Assembly (NCBI GenBank): GCA_963737905.1
Contig: CAVTUQ010000029.1
Span: 32,001 to 96,000 of the forward strand
DNA: 64,000 nt
From: an uncultured delta proteobacterium
GTDB lineage: Bacteria > Desulfobacterota > Binatia > UBA9968
Reading direction: 5' to 3'
The notes under the pieces are model-generated. The model did not search any database. It saw only the letters and a program-made list of their open reading frames with translations, and had not been told where the DNA came from. A program made the position numbers and the translations under genes. This document shows positions 40,213 through 50,786 of this stretch, in pieces (the stretch's first letter is position 1; each line of letters begins with the position of its first letter).

Positions 40213-42132
40213 CTATTTCCCTGCGCCAGCCGAGGATTTGAGGCGCCGAACATCGCCGATTCTAATGGTCAGGCCCTCGCGATCAAAATATTCCAATAGG
40301 GGGATCGTGTACTTGCGGCTGGAACCGATAAGATCGCGAAATGATGCGGCAGCAATCTCACCTTTTTCAGAGAGAAATTTCTTGAGAACAGCCCTCACCC
40401 GATCGACCGTGCTCGATAGATAATAGAGATCGCTCGTCACTCGAATTACAGATCCGTCTCGTTCCAATAACCGGATGACCTCAGTCAACTTGTTACGGTT
40501 GACGCCGAGCTGCTTTTCGATCTCCTTCAAGTCCGGCGGTGACATCGGTTGCTCGCCGAGGATCTTCTTGATTCCGTCCATGAGGGATTTTTCCTGGCCG
40601 CCGAGCTGGACCCGATGTTCCGCTGTGCGCAGCAGATTCTCTTCCTTGGCGATGGCCTTGTCCGAAATGAGAGCATCCACGACAGCGCGAAAGATCTTCG
40701 CCGAGAGCGTGTACGGGAGTTTTCCGCGCAATTCCTCCATGTCCATTCCTGGTACAAGAGCATGCGTTTTGTGGAATTCCTTCAATGTGACGAGGATCGT
40801 GGCCTTCAACCGCTGCCCTTTGCTGTCGGTCGTGTAAACTCGTTCGCCCTCTGCATTGAAAGCGCGAAGACTTTCGATCTTATCGAGTTGCGCTTTTACC
40901 ACCTCTTCGTGCAGGTTTAAGAACTGTTGGATCGATTCCATGGGTAGAGCAAAGTCACCGCTTTCGTTTAGAAAGCTCTCGGTGAGTTGCGTCACGTCCC
41001 CCAGATGCAGCGATTTCAGACGGTTTTTTAGGTTAGGCTCTCTGCGTTTATGCTTACTTGCCCAGGGATGGATGACGACCCCGCCGCCGAGTGTTTTTCT
41101 CGCCGTCTCGTCGCGGATAATAAAATGATCGTTGCGCAGAGCCAGCAGAGGCTCGGAAAGCGTGATTTGACAGTACGTCGACTCCTTCGGACCGACCTTG
41201 TCCTCGGCGCCCAGAAGGATGATCTTGGCAAGCCGTTCTGCGGTGCCAAGGTGCACTCGGATTCGCTGATGATTTTTGATTCCCTTTGCCGCTGCTGGTC
41301 TGACTTCCAAAAATGCATCGAATCGGTCCGACGTTAGAGTGAGTTTCTCGTGACAGATGACGTGTCCCCGTTCGATTGACGCTCGCTCCGGCCCGCTCAA
41401 GTTCAGGGCTACCCGCTGGCCCCATCCCGCCGTGTCCACCGAACGACCATGCACCTGCAAGCTGCGCACGCGAAAAAGCTCGCCTCCGGGCAAACAACGC
41501 ACACGATCGCCGGTTTGAACTTCGCCGCTGAGAGCGGTTCCCGTGACGACGACGCCATGTCCTTGCATTACGAAGGCACGGTCCACGGGGAGTCGAAAGT
41601 AGCCGCTCGGGACGGACTTGCCGGTGCTCTTCAGTGTCCGCGAAAGTAAATCCTTTAACTCCGTGAGTCCCTGTCCGGTCACCGACGATACCGCAACAAT
41701 CGGAGCATCCTCCAACACAGTGCCAAGGGTAAGAATTTTGATTTCTTCTTCGATCTCCGGGATTCTCTCGGGAGAAACCAGATCGACTTTGGTAATAGCG
41801 AAGATCGCCATCTTCACGCCGAGCAGGTGGACGATATCCAAGTGTTCTTCGGTCTGGGGCATGACGCCGTCATCGGCGGCGACGGTGAAGAGAACCAAGT
41901 CGATGCCGTGCGCCCCGGCGAGCATGTTTTTGATGAAGCGCTCGTGCCCGGGAACGTCGACGACGCCCGCTTGCGTTCCATCCGGTAGATCGAGATGAGC
42001 AAATCCCAGATCGATGGAGATGCCGCGCTCTTTTTCCTCCTTCAGGCGGTCCGTATCCTGTCCCGTCAGTGCTTTGATCAGGCTGGTTTTTCCGTGATCG
42101 ATGTGGCCGGCGGTGCCGATGATGTAGGGCAT
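40213..42132 (-). CDS. selB: Selenocysteine-specific elongation factor
   Basis: [32 protein letters not shown] and C-terminal [13 protein letters not shown] winged helix. Confidence 0.97.
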   Translation of the reverse strand: MPYIIGTAGHIDHGKTSLIKALTGQDTDRLKEEKERGISIDLGFAHLDLPDGTQAGVVDVPGHERFIKNMLAGAHGIDLVLFTVAADDGVMPQTEEHLDIVHLLGVKMAIFAITKVDLVSPERIPEIEEEIKILTLGTVLEDAPIVAVSSVTGQGLTELKDLLSRTLKSTGKSVPSGYFRLPVDRAFVMQGHGVVVTGTALSGEVQTGDRVRCLPGGELFRVRSLQVHGRSVDTAGWGQRVALNLSGPERASIERGHVICHEKLTLTSDRFDAFLEVRPAAAKGIKNHQRIRVHLGTAERLAKIILLGAEDKVGPKESTYCQITLSEPLLALRNDHFIIRDETARKTLGGGVVIHPWASKHKRREPNLKNRLKSLHLGDVTQLTESFLNESGDFALPMESIQQFLNLHEEVVKAQLDKIESLRAFNAEGERVYTTDSKGQRLKATILVTLKEFHKTHALVPGMDMEELRGKLPYTLSAKIFRAVVDALISDKAIAKEENLLRTAEHRVQLGGQEKSLMDGIKKILGEQPMSPPDLKEIEKQLGVNRNKLTEVIRLLERDGSVIRVTSDLYYLSSTVDRVRAVLKKFLSEKGEIAAASFRDLIGSSRKYTIPLLEYFDREGLTIRIGDVRRLKSSAGAGK

Positions 42133-42141
42133 CTTTGAGTC

Positions 42142-42252
42142 AGTTCAAAGTTCAGGGTTCAATGTTCAACGTGCCGCCTTTGGCCCGGTTCAAAGTTTTG
42201 TGTTCAAGGTTGGGACGTGGGGACGTTGAACCTTGAACTTTGAACCTTGAAC
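42142..42252. repeat. Inverted heptamer tandem-repeat element (GTTCAAN / TTGAACN)
   Basis: agttcaaagttcagggttcaatgttcaac ... gttgaaccttgaactttgaaccttgaac, between selA and selB. Confidence 0.85.
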
Positions 42253-42289
42253 CAGTAAGTCCGGTCATGGTTGCGTAATTCTGAAATCA

Positions 42290-43693
42290 CTACGAGGGCT
42301 CGGCCCTGTTTAAATTCGGGACCAGCTCCTGAGGATCGAAGATGGTTCTCAAGTCGAGGAGGAAACGGTCGTCCTTGATTCTGCCGATGATCGGGGGATT
42401 TGCGTCTCGAAATTTCTTTCCGATTGCCGCGGCGGTCAGCTTGGCGTGCCCGATGGCAATGACGACGGTGGGCAGTTCTTCCGTGGGCAAGGCGCCGCTG
42501 CCGATCTGAGAAGTGGAGTCTTCCAGCACAAGACGAAAGCCCTCTCCCAATACGGCTTGAAGCTTTGGCAACATAGCGTCGCCGAACTCGCGGATCTCAT
42601 CAAGAGGACGGGTGAAGGCCCGCAAAGTTGGAATCGCCTGAGTGATGTCCGGCGATTGGCGGTAAAGTCTCAGAGTCGCCTCCAACGCGGCTAGAGTCAA
42701 TTTGCCGCAACGCAAGGCTCGCTGCAGGTGATTCTTGTTGATTCGCTCGATCCACTCTCGGCGGCCGACCATCAGTCCCGCTTGCGGGCCGCCGAGAATC
42801 TTGTCACCGCTAAAGGTAACGACGTCGGCGCCGGCGCGAATGCGTTCAGAGACGATCGGTTCTTTCGGCAGGCCATACCTGCTCAAATCGATCAACGCGC
42901 CGCTGCCCAGATCTTCCATTACCGGAACGTTGTGCTTCTTACCGATGGCGACCAGCTGATCGAGAGTCACTTCGGAGGTGAAGCCCACGACTTTGTAGTT
43001 GCTCGCGTGCACTTTTAGCAATAGCGCCGTCTGCTCATGAATTGCGTTTTCGTAGTCCGCCGGATGGGTGCGGTTGGTGCTGCCGACTTCTTTCAAAATC
43101 GCGCCGCTTTTAGCCATGACCTCGGGTATGCGAAAAGCGCCGCCGATTTCAATCAACTCGCCCCGGGAAACGATCACTTCCTTACCTTGGGCGAAGGTGT
43201 TCAACCCAAGGAGAACCGCCGCGGCATTGTTGTTGACCACGGTAGCGGCTTCCGCTCCGGTCAGATCCACAAGGAGTTGCTGGATCATTTCTTCACGCCG
43301 GCCGCGTTTGCCGGCCGCCAGATCATACTCCAGGTTAATCGGGTAGCCGGCCACCGCCGTCATGGCATCGATCGCCGCTTGGGGCAGCAAGGCGCGACCT
43401 AAGTTGGTATGGAGGATCGTGCCGGTCGCGTTGACCACACGAACGTGACCCGGCACACTGTCGGCGCGGATGGCGGCCTCCAGTTTTTGGATGACCGCTT
43501 CATCGTCAAGGTCGCCGGGTGGAAGCCCCGCGTCTTGTCTGATTTCAGCCCGCAGCTGGTCGAGGACCTCGCGACATTTTTGCGTAACGTAATCACGATT
43601 GTAGCGAGTTAGGAGAGCTTCACAGTGGCCATGCTTGAGAAGACGGTCGACAGATGGAATTTCGCGCAATAAATTTGTCACGGGTTCGGTCAT
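42290..43693 (-). CDS. selA: L-seryl-tRNA(Sec) selenium transferase
   Basis: VVNATGTILHTNLGRA, VVNNNAAA, SRGELIEIGGAFRIP and FSGDKILGGPQAG. Confidence 0.97.
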   Translation of the reverse strand: MTEPVTNLLREIPSVDRLLKHGHCEALLTRYNRDYVTQKCREVLDQLRAEIRQDAGLPPGDLDDEAVIQKLEAAIRADSVPGHVRVVNATGTILHTNLGRALLPQAAIDAMTAVAGYPINLEYDLAAGKRGRREEMIQQLLVDLTGAEAATVVNNNAAAVLLGLNTFAQGKEVIVSRGELIEIGGAFRIPEVMAKSGAILKEVGSTNRTHPADYENAIHEQTALLLKVHASNYKVVGFTSEVTLDQLVAIGKKHNVPVMEDLGSGALIDLSRYGLPKEPIVSERIRAGADVVTFSGDKILGGPQAGLMVGRREWIERINKNHLQRALRCGKLTLAALEATLRLYRQSPDITQAIPTLRAFTRPLDEIREFGDAMLPKLQAVLGEGFRLVLEDSTSQIGSGALPTEELPTVVIAIGHAKLTAAAIGKKFRDANPPIIGRIKDDRFLLDLRTIFDPQELVPNLNRAEPS

Positions 43694-43782
43694 AAGTTAA
43701 ATCAAACTTGCACAAGCAACGGGTGAATTCAACACGAGGGAAAGCGACCCTGGCGACCGTCTGAGCTTCAGCAACGTGTAAG

Positions 43783-43811
43783 TTGACAAGGGGGAGTGGC
43801 TAAACTACAGT
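43783..43811 (+). promoter_or_regulatory. Putative sigma70 promoter
   Basis: TTGACA-17nt-TACAGT upstream of the 43857 SBP. Confidence 0.5.
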
Positions 43812-43856
43812 CCGTCCAACGCGTGTTCAGGCACCGCATGACAAGGAGGGAAATCA

Positions 43857-44834
43857 ATGCGGAGAACAGAACTCTGGACTTCGTTAGCTCTTGTCGGATT
43901 TCTATTCATAACCTCTTCGTTGGCAGCTCAAGAGGGGCTGAGAAAGGTGAGAATCGCCTATCCCAGCAATACGATTTGTTGTCTCCCTTTGTTTGGCGCA
44001 CTCACTTGGAAGGTCTTCGAGGCGAACGGCCTGCAAGCGGAAATCATTCAGGTCAGGTCTCAGCTCGCCTACCCGGCAATGAGCAGCGGTGAGGTGCCCT
44101 ATGTCGCCGGGGTGGGTCCTGCATCCATAAGCGCGACCCTGAGAGGGATGCAGTCCAAGGCGGTTTGGTTCGCCACCGAAGAGTTGATCTATTCGGTAAT
44201 CGCCCGCCCCGAGTTTCAAAATATAAAGGACCTCAGAAACAAGAAAATCGCCCTGACGGGCCTCGGCGGAACTTCACATGTCGCCCTGCAAATCTCCCTG
44301 GAGGCCGTGGGTGAAAACCCAAAAAACTTCGTCTACATCGGCATGGGCGGCGCGCAGTTATTGGCGGCATTGGAGAGTGGCACGGTGGAAGCTGCGCTGC
44401 TCAGTCCTCCGATGTTATACTTCGCGAAGAAAAAGGGGTTTAGAGAATTGCTCGACGTCGGCTCACGAGCTAAAATGCCGCTCGGCGGACTTACGGTGAT
44501 GAATTCGACGATACGGAACCGGGGCGACGAGCTGAAAAGGGTGATTAAATCCATGCAGGCGGCGAAGCAGGAAATTCTCAGGTCGAAAGAAAAAAGCGTG
44601 GCGATGATCGCAAGCTTTCTACAGGTGGATCGAGACGTGGCGGAAGATACCTACCCGATCTACCGAAAAACGGTCAGTGGCAACGGCGTGCCGACGCACG
44701 AGGGTATAGACCAGATCATAAAGTCGCTCCAGGCCGCGGGCCAATTCACGGATCGAAAGGTAACGTTTGATGAGGTCGCCGACGACCGCATCGCTAAAGA
44801 GGTTGCGAGGGAGCTTGGATACAAAATCCAATAA
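43857..44834 (+). CDS. NMT1/SsuA-like SBP
   Basis: AGGAGG RBS, signal peptide and FQNIKDLRNKKIA. Confidence 0.88.
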   Translation: MRRTELWTSLALVGFLFITSSLAAQEGLRKVRIAYPSNTICCLPLFGALTWKVFEANGLQAEIIQVRSQLAYPAMSSGEVPYVAGVGPASISATLRGMQSKAVWFATEELIYSVIARPEFQNIKDLRNKKIALTGLGGTSHVALQISLEAVGENPKNFVYIGMGGAQLLAALESGTVEAALLSPPMLYFAKKKGFRELLDVGSRAKMPLGGLTVMNSTIRNRGDELKRVIKSMQAAKQEILRSKEKSVAMIASFLQVDRDVAEDTYPIYRKTVSGNGVPTHEGIDQIIKSLQAAGQFTDRKVTFDEVADDRIAKEVARELGYKIQ

Positions 44835-44849
44835 TATGCTTCTTCGAGA

Positions 44850-45035
44850 TCCCCACCCTTTCCTCTCCCAGAGCGCGAGGGAAATCGAATAGGGATTGCA
44901 TTGAGAACGCGATTGTCGTTTTAATGGGCAAACGTCAGTAATCCAAACGCCGGAAATTTCTACATCCATTTCATGTTGTTTTCGTTTTCTTTTAGTCTCA
45001 CCCTCTCCGTTGATGGGAGAGGGAAGGGTGGGGGT
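44850..45035. repeat. Inverted pair of REP-like CCCTCTCC..GGGAGAGGG elements
   Basis: ccccaccctttcctctccc..gaggg (44850-44881) and ccctctccgttgatgggagagggaagggtggggg (45001-45034). Confidence 0.6.
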
Positions 45036-45058
45036 CAAGCGTTAGGGGAAATCGCGTG

Positions 45059-45412
45059 ATGAGTGAACCAACAAACGCCAATATTCGTGATGCCAGGCGG
45101 GCGGTCATCGAGCTGCTGCGCAATCGAGCGAAAAAGGCGCGCTTCACGACCGAGTTGGCAGTGTCACTGCAGCGCGCAAGAATCGGTAAGGAAGAAATGG
45201 AACAAGCGCTAGCCGAGCTCCAAGCGGACGGCGTAGTGATGATCCGTGATAACTTTTGCGCCGATCCCCATCTGGCCAGCGTCGATCTCCGCGTGGTCGC
45301 GCTGGTCGAAAGTATCAATGGTGTGGATCCGCAACTCAGTGCGATTCGAGCAATCGATGACGCCTGGGACAAGTGGTTGGCTGAATATTTAGCGAATCAC
45401 AGGTGCGGATAG
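45059..45412 (+). CDS. Hypothetical protein (possible winged-helix N-terminal part)
   Basis: 117-aa ORF with protein-like composition; CADPHL and C-terminal HRCG. Confidence 0.65.
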   Translation: MSEPTNANIRDARRAVIELLRNRAKKARFTTELAVSLQRARIGKEEMEQALAELQADGVVMIRDNFCADPHLASVDLRVVALVESINGVDPQLSAIRAIDDAWDKWLAEYLANHRCG

Positions 45413-45430
45413 CGCGGCAGGCGCTCGCTG

Positions 45431-45470
45431 CGTTCAAACAGTTCAAAGCGTTCAAAACGTTCAAGCCGTC
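45431..45470. repeat. Nonamer tandem repeat (GTTCAANNN), left arm only
   Basis: cgttcaaacagttcaaagcgttcaaaacgttcaagccg. Confidence 0.8.
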
Positions 45471-45497
45471 CGAGCAGATCTATTGTTAAGGTAAGGA

Positions 45498-46488
45498 ATG
45501 AGATAAGAAGAAAAAATTTATTTGCTTCGCGCTCGCCGTTGGGCTCTTGGCGATCAGCTTTTCGGTCGCGGCGCAGCAACTCGGGAAGATTGCGCGGATA
45601 GGCATTCTGCATCCTGAGCGATCTGGTGATGCAGGGGTTGAGGTCCTGATCGAGGCATTTCGCACAGGCCTTCGTAAGCTTGGCTACATTGAAGGAAAGA
45701 ACATTGTTCTTGAACACCGATTCGCTGAGGGAAAGCTGGATCGGCTCCCCGACCTCATGGCCGACTTGGTCCGCCTTAAACCTGATGTCATTTTTGCGCT
45801 GAACACCCCAGCAGCTCGCGCCGCCAAGAACGGAACAAAGACAATCCCTGTCGTATTTGTCTGGGTTGCCGATCCACTAGACCTTGTCGTTAGCCTCGCG
45901 CGGCCGGGCGGGAATGTTACGGGGCTCACCACTGTTACCGCTGATCTCAGCGGTAAACGGCTGGAGGTGCTCAAGGAGGCGCTTCCCGGCGTCTCTCGAG
46001 TGGGCGTGCTCTTGCATTCGGATAATCCCATCCCCGTACGGCTCTTCAAAGATATGGAGAATGCAAGCCCACAGTTCGGTATCCGGCTTCACGCCCTGGG
46101 TGTCCGAGATCCAGACGACCTCCAGAAGGCCTTTGAAGCCGTTGCCAAGGAGCATATAGGCGCGCTTTTTGTGATCGAAGAAGCCGTGATCGCTTCCTAC
46201 CGGAAACGCGTCCTGGAACTGGCGGCAAAGCATCGGCTGCCGACGGCGTCCCTTTACAAAGAATTTGCAGAGGCCGGGGGTCTGCTCACCTACGGAGCCG
46301 ACCTACCTGATCTGTTTCGCCGTGCTGCCACCTATATCGATAAAATTCTCAAAGGTACGAAACCTGCTGATCTGCCGGTTGAGCAGCCGACAAAGTTTGA
46401 GTTCGTGATCAACCTGAAAACCGCCAAGCAGATTGGTCTGACGATTCCGCCGAATGTGCTGGCAAGAGCGGATCGGGTGATCCAGTGA
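45498..46488 (+). CDS. ABC_sub_bind SBP (ATG at 45498 is out of frame; probable indel)
   Basis: Open frame 45502-46488; KIARIGIL, SLARPGGNVTG and the shared tail. Confidence 0.85.
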
Positions 46489-46512
46489 AGCAACAGACCG
46501 CGGCTATGCCGC

Positions 46513-46641
46513 GCGTTCAAACAGTTCAAAGAGTTCAAGACGTTCAATTCGTCAGACGAGTGTAAGATGCGTTCAACCCACCAGCCGGACCGAATTTATC
46601 AAACGGCTTGAACGTTTTGAACGACTGGAACGGTTTGAACC
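46513..46641. repeat. Inverted nonamer tandem-repeat element
   Basis: gcgttcaaacagttcaaagagttcaagacgttcaa ... ttgaacgttttgaacgactggaacggtttgaac. Confidence 0.85.
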
Positions 46642-46679
46642 GGTGAGGTGGGGCGGAAAAGCAAAGGAGGGGTAAAGCT

Positions 46680-48737
46680 TTGAGAGTAGCGGTTGACATC
46701 GGCGGCACGTTCACGGACGTCGTGGTTTTTGACGAAGCGATGAGTTCACTGGCACTGGCGAAAGCGCTCTCTACGCCGGCGGAGCTGGCGCGAGGGGTCG
46801 AGGAGGGCTTAAACAAGGCGAGCGTGCCGCTGGACCAAGTCCTATCCTTGATCCACGGCTCGACCATCGTGGTGAATGCGATCATTGAGCGCCAGGGCGG
46901 TAAGACGGCCTTGATTACCACCAAAGGATTTCGTGACGTTTACGAGATCGGCCGGATCAATCGCCCGGAATCTTTCAACCCGCGCTTCCGTAAGCACCGG
47001 CCTCTGGTGCCGCGGGAGAATATCTTCGAGGTCACCGAGCGGATGCTCGCCGACGGCTCCGTGCGCACGCCGTTCGACGAGCAAGAGGCGCGCGAGGTGG
47101 CGCGGATCATAAAAGAAGAAGGTTTTGAGGCGGTGGCCGTGCTGTTTCTCCATTCTTACCGCGCTCCCGAACATGAAATCCGCATGTGCGATATACTGCG
47201 CGAAACGAATCCAAGCCTGTTTGTCAGCGCTTCCCATGAGCTATCCCGGGAATACCGCGAATACGAACGCACCTCCACTGTGGCCGCCAACGCCTATGTT
47301 GGTCCGAGGGTGAGTCAATACTTGAGCGACCTCGAACGGCGCCTGCGAAGCAACAAATTCGCTGGCAATCTTCTGATCATGCAGTCCAACGGGGGTCTCT
47401 CCGACGTGGAGCTGGCACGACGGCAGTGCGTGCAAATGATGGAATCGGGACCTGCGGGAGGCGTCGTCGGCACCATGGCCTTGTGCGAATTGCTCGATCT
47501 CGAAGCCGCCATCGCTTTCGACATGGGTGGAACAACGGCGAAGGCCAGCGTCATCCGGCGCGGCGAGCCGAGTCTCTCGCCCGATTATTTTATCGGCGGC
47601 TACAATGAGGGACTCGCCATCCGCATTCCCGTCCTCGACATCGTCGAGGTGGGAACCGGCGGTGGCAGTATCGCCTGGCTCGACGAAGGCGGCGGGTTGC
47701 ACGTCGGCCCGAAGAGCGCTGGCGCCGAACCGGGGCCGGCGAGTTACGGCCGGGGCGGAACCGAGCCGACGGTCACCGACGCGAACGTTATCCTCGGCCG
47801 TCTTTCACCTGAACGTTTTCTTGGCGGTGAGATGCGCCTTGATCGTAGTGCGGCGGAAAACGCTTTGCGCGGACGGCTTGGCCAGCCACTGGGTGTGTCC
47901 CTCGAGCGCGCGGCCTCAGGAATGCTTCAGGTTGCCACCTCGGCAATGGCCAACGCGGTGCGTCACGTCACCCTCGAGCGCGGTCTCGACCCGCGCGACT
48001 TCACGCTGGTTGCCTACGGCGGCGGCGGGCCGCTGCATGCAGCGTCTGTAGCCAAAGAGCTTGCCATTCATACGATTATTATCCCCCACGCGCCAGGCCA
48101 CTTTTCGGCGCTCGGCATGCTGATGGCCGATTTGCGCCGCGATTACGTGCAAACCTTATTCGAGCGCATGGATGATCTGGAGATGTTCGAGCTGGAGGAT
48201 CAATTTAAAAATCTCGAGGCCGAGGGCCGCCGCGCGCTTGAAGCATCGGGGATCCCGACGGACCGGATCGTTTTCGAGCGCGCCGCTGATATGCGCTATG
48301 TCGGCCAGGAGCATGCGGTCGCTGTGCGCATGCCGGCCAATGTAGGAGATGAAAATGCGCGAGCAGAGATCAAGCGACTGTTCGACCAGGCCCACGACCT
48401 GCGCTACAGCCACAGCGCGCCCGAGGAGTCTGCTGACATTGTCAGTTTGCGTGTATCGGCGATCGGACGCCTAGGAAAGCCGCAGTTCCCGAAGATTCCT
48501 CAGGGCGACGCGACTCCTCTGGCCGCAGCCCGCCGTGGCACGCGGTCGGTGATCTTCGAAGGATCGGGGTCACTCGAAGCGGTGGTGTTTGACCGCACGA
48601 AGCTGCTGCACGGGAATGTGATCACCGGGCCTGCCATCATCGAAGAGGTTGCTTCCACCACCGTGGTGGAGCCCGGCGACACGGTCACGGTCAATGCCTT
48701 CGGACATCTCATTATGAACTTAGGAGTCGCACCGTGA
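46680..48737 (+). CDS. Hydantoinase A / 5-oxoprolinase family protein
   Basis: VDIGGTFTD, TTKGFRD, MQSNGG, ESGPAGG, DMGGTT, GTGGGSIA and YGGGGPLHA. Confidence 0.93.
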   Translation: MRVAVDIGGTFTDVVVFDEAMSSLALAKALSTPAELARGVEEGLNKASVPLDQVLSLIHGSTIVVNAIIERQGGKTALITTKGFRDVYEIGRINRPESFNPRFRKHRPLVPRENIFEVTERMLADGSVRTPFDEQEAREVARIIKEEGFEAVAVLFLHSYRAPEHEIRMCDILRETNPSLFVSASHELSREYREYERTSTVAANAYVGPRVSQYLSDLERRLRSNKFAGNLLIMQSNGGLSDVELARRQCVQMMESGPAGGVVGTMALCELLDLEAAIAFDMGGTTAKASVIRRGEPSLSPDYFIGGYNEGLAIRIPVLDIVEVGTGGGSIAWLDEGGGLHVGPKSAGAEPGPASYGRGGTEPTVTDANVILGRLSPERFLGGEMRLDRSAAENALRGRLGQPLGVSLERAASGMLQVATSAMANAVRHVTLERGLDPRDFTLVAYGGGGPLHAASVAKELAIHTIIIPHAPGHFSALGMLMADLRRDYVQTLFERMDDLEMFELEDQFKNLEAEGRRALEASGIPTDRIVFERAADMRYVGQEHAVAVRMPANVGDENARAEIKRLFDQAHDLRYSHSAPEESADIVSLRVSAIGRLGKPQFPKIPQGDATPLAAARRGTRSVIFEGSGSLEAVVFDRTKLLHGNVITGPAIIEEVASTTVVEPGDTVTVNAFGHLIMNLGVAP

Positions 48738-48750
48738 TGGATCTTACGAC

Positions 48751-48823
48751 TTGAACGTCTTGAACGGTTTGAACTATTTGAACAAACTCGTTCCAGTCGT
48801 TCCAGACGTTCAAATCGTTCAAG
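48751..48823. repeat. Inverted nonamer tandem-repeat element (TTGAAC arm first)
   Basis: ttgaacgtcttgaacggtttgaactatttgaac ... gttccagtcgttccagacgttcaaatcgttcaa. Confidence 0.85.
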
Positions 48824-48836
48824 ACGTGGGGAAACA

Positions 48837-50597
48837 ATGCGAGAGCCCAGCGAGACAAAAATGAGTAGCGTCGACGCATTTACCGCCGAGGTCATTCGCA
48901 GCGCTGTGGTCGCCATCACCGGTGAGATGAAGACCAACCTGATGCGCACGGCCTATCACACGATTATTTACGAAGCGGAGGATTTCACCGTCGGGCTGTT
49001 CGACTCCGACGGCAACACGATCTCCATCGGCTTGGGTCTACCGATGTTCATCCGCGGCCTGTCGGACTCGATCAAGGCGAAAATCGAATTCTGGGGCAAG
49101 GAAAACATCGAGCCGGGTGACATTTTGCTCACCAATGACAGTTACACCATGGGGAGCCATCTCAATCACTTGATTTTTACCCTGCCTATTTTCAACGAGG
49201 GCGAGCTGGTCGCGTTTTCCTGCTCGATGGCCCACTGGCAGGATATCGGCGGGCAGCTCGGCGGCGTGACCCGGGATATTTTTTCCGAGGGGCTGCAGAT
49301 TCCCTTTGTAAAAATCTTCCGCGCCGGCAAGGAAAATCCCGAGATCACCTCGATCATCCGTGCCAACGTGCGCGTCCCGGAGCGCGCGATGGGAGACATG
49401 CGCGCCCAGCTCGCCTCGATCCGCACCGGCGAGCGGCGGCTCTTACAATTGCTCAAGCGCTACGGCAACCAGGCGTTCAAAGAGAGCATCCACCTGGTTT
49501 ATGAGCAGAGCGAGAAACTGGCGCGCGCCGCAGTCCGCCAGATCCCCGACGGCGTTTACGAAGCGGAGTCGTTCATGGACGACGACGGTGTCAATCTCGA
49601 CAAGCCGATTCCGATCAAGGTCCGCGTCGAAGTTTGCGGCGACGAGATGACCATCGACCTGAGCGGCGTCAGCCCTCAGGTGGCGGGATTTTATAATTCC
49701 GGACCCACCGCTGGACGGTCCGCCGCCGAGGTGGTTTTCAAATGCGTTACCGCGCCGCTATTGTTGCCGATCAACGAAGGATCGTTCCGGCCGCTGAAAA
49801 TCATTCTGCCGCCGGGCCGTGTGGTGAGCGCGACGAAGCCGGCACCGGTGCGCGTCTGGATGACCGTGCCCATGACCGTCTGCGACACGCTCTTTAGAGC
49901 TTTGGCTCCGGCGTGCCCCGAACGCACCATCGCCGGGCACTACGCCGACCTCTGCACTGTTAACCCGCATGGCTTCGACGCCGAGACCGGACGGTTTTTC
50001 TGGTCGCATATCGGCCACCCGGGCGGAGGTTGGGGCGCGAAGCACGACGAGGATGGGATGAACGCGACGGTGTGCCTCAACGACGGCGACACGCATAACG
50101 CCCCCGTGGAAGCGACCGAGGCGAAAAACCCCATCATTGTCGAACACCGCGCGCTGCGCCCGGACTCCGGCGGCGCGGGAAAATTTCGCGGCGGCCTGGG
50201 AGTATCCAACGAAGTGCGCATGCGCCGGCCGGCGACCATCCACGCGCATGTGGAGCGAACGATCTGCGCTCCGTGGGGGCTCCACGGCGGCAAAGACGCG
50301 CTGGCCAACCGGATTTTTATCACGCGCGAAGACGGCAAGGTTAAACGATTCCCGACGGGTAAAATCAATCCCACCGAAATCGACCAGGGCGATGGCTTTA
50401 CGGTAGAGACCGCCGGCGGCGGGGGATTCTGGAGTCCGCTGGAACGTCCCGCGGAGCGGGTGCTTGCCGACGTGTGTTCTGGTTACGTCTCACTGGAAGC
50501 GGCGCGCCGGGATTACGGTGTCATCATTCACCAGCAAGGACGCCGCTTCGAGCTCGACGTGGAAGCGACAGCGGCGCTGCGGCGAGATCGCAACTGA
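48837..50597 (+). CDS. Hydantoinase B / 5-oxoprolinase family protein
   Basis: PGDILLTND..GSHLN, HWQDIGG, EGLQIP, DSGGAGKFRGG and TAGGGGF. Confidence 0.93.
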   Translation: MREPSETKMSSVDAFTAEVIRSAVVAITGEMKTNLMRTAYHTIIYEAEDFTVGLFDSDGNTISIGLGLPMFIRGLSDSIKAKIEFWGKENIEPGDILLTNDSYTMGSHLNHLIFTLPIFNEGELVAFSCSMAHWQDIGGQLGGVTRDIFSEGLQIPFVKIFRAGKENPEITSIIRANVRVPERAMGDMRAQLASIRTGERRLLQLLKRYGNQAFKESIHLVYEQSEKLARAAVRQIPDGVYEAESFMDDDGVNLDKPIPIKVRVEVCGDEMTIDLSGVSPQVAGFYNSGPTAGRSAAEVVFKCVTAPLLLPINEGSFRPLKIILPPGRVVSATKPAPVRVWMTVPMTVCDTLFRALAPACPERTIAGHYADLCTVNPHGFDAETGRFFWSHIGHPGGGWGAKHDEDGMNATVCLNDGDTHNAPVEATEAKNPIIVEHRALRPDSGGAGKFRGGLGVSNEVRMRRPATIHAHVERTICAPWGLHGGKDALANRIFITREDGKVKRFPTGKINPTEIDQGDGFTVETAGGGGFWSPLERPAERVLADVCSGYVSLEAARRDYGVIIHQQGRRFELDVEATAALRRDRN

Positions 50598-50614
50598 AAG
50601 AAACCAGAATTTCA

Positions 50615-50775
50615 GCCGCAAAGGACGCAAAGGTCACAAAAATAAATTGACCACGGAGGGGACGAAGAGCACGAAGTTTAAGATTACATCTGTTCCAAAC
50701 TTTTCTTTGTGTTCTATGTGCCCTTTGCGGTTAAATCTCTTCTTTTCTTGGCGCTCTTTGCGCCTTTGCGCGAGA
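50615..50775. repeat. Nested inverted nonamer repeats (CGCAAAG and CACGAAG families)
   Basis: ccgcaaaggacgcaaaggtcacaaa..ccacggaggggacgaagagcacgaag ... ctttgtgttctatgtgccctttgcgg..cttggcgctctttgcgcctttgcgcgaga. Confidence 0.75.
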
Positions 50776-50786
50776 AGAGGTGATTT

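Noticed and set aside
43694-43856. selC (tRNA-Sec) next to selA
   Set aside because: No cloverleaf or UCA anticodon stem recognised here or at 39978-40212.
40080-48823. GTTCAA repeats as a CRISPR array
   Set aside because: Units are 7-9 nt and contiguous, with no unique spacers and no cas genes.
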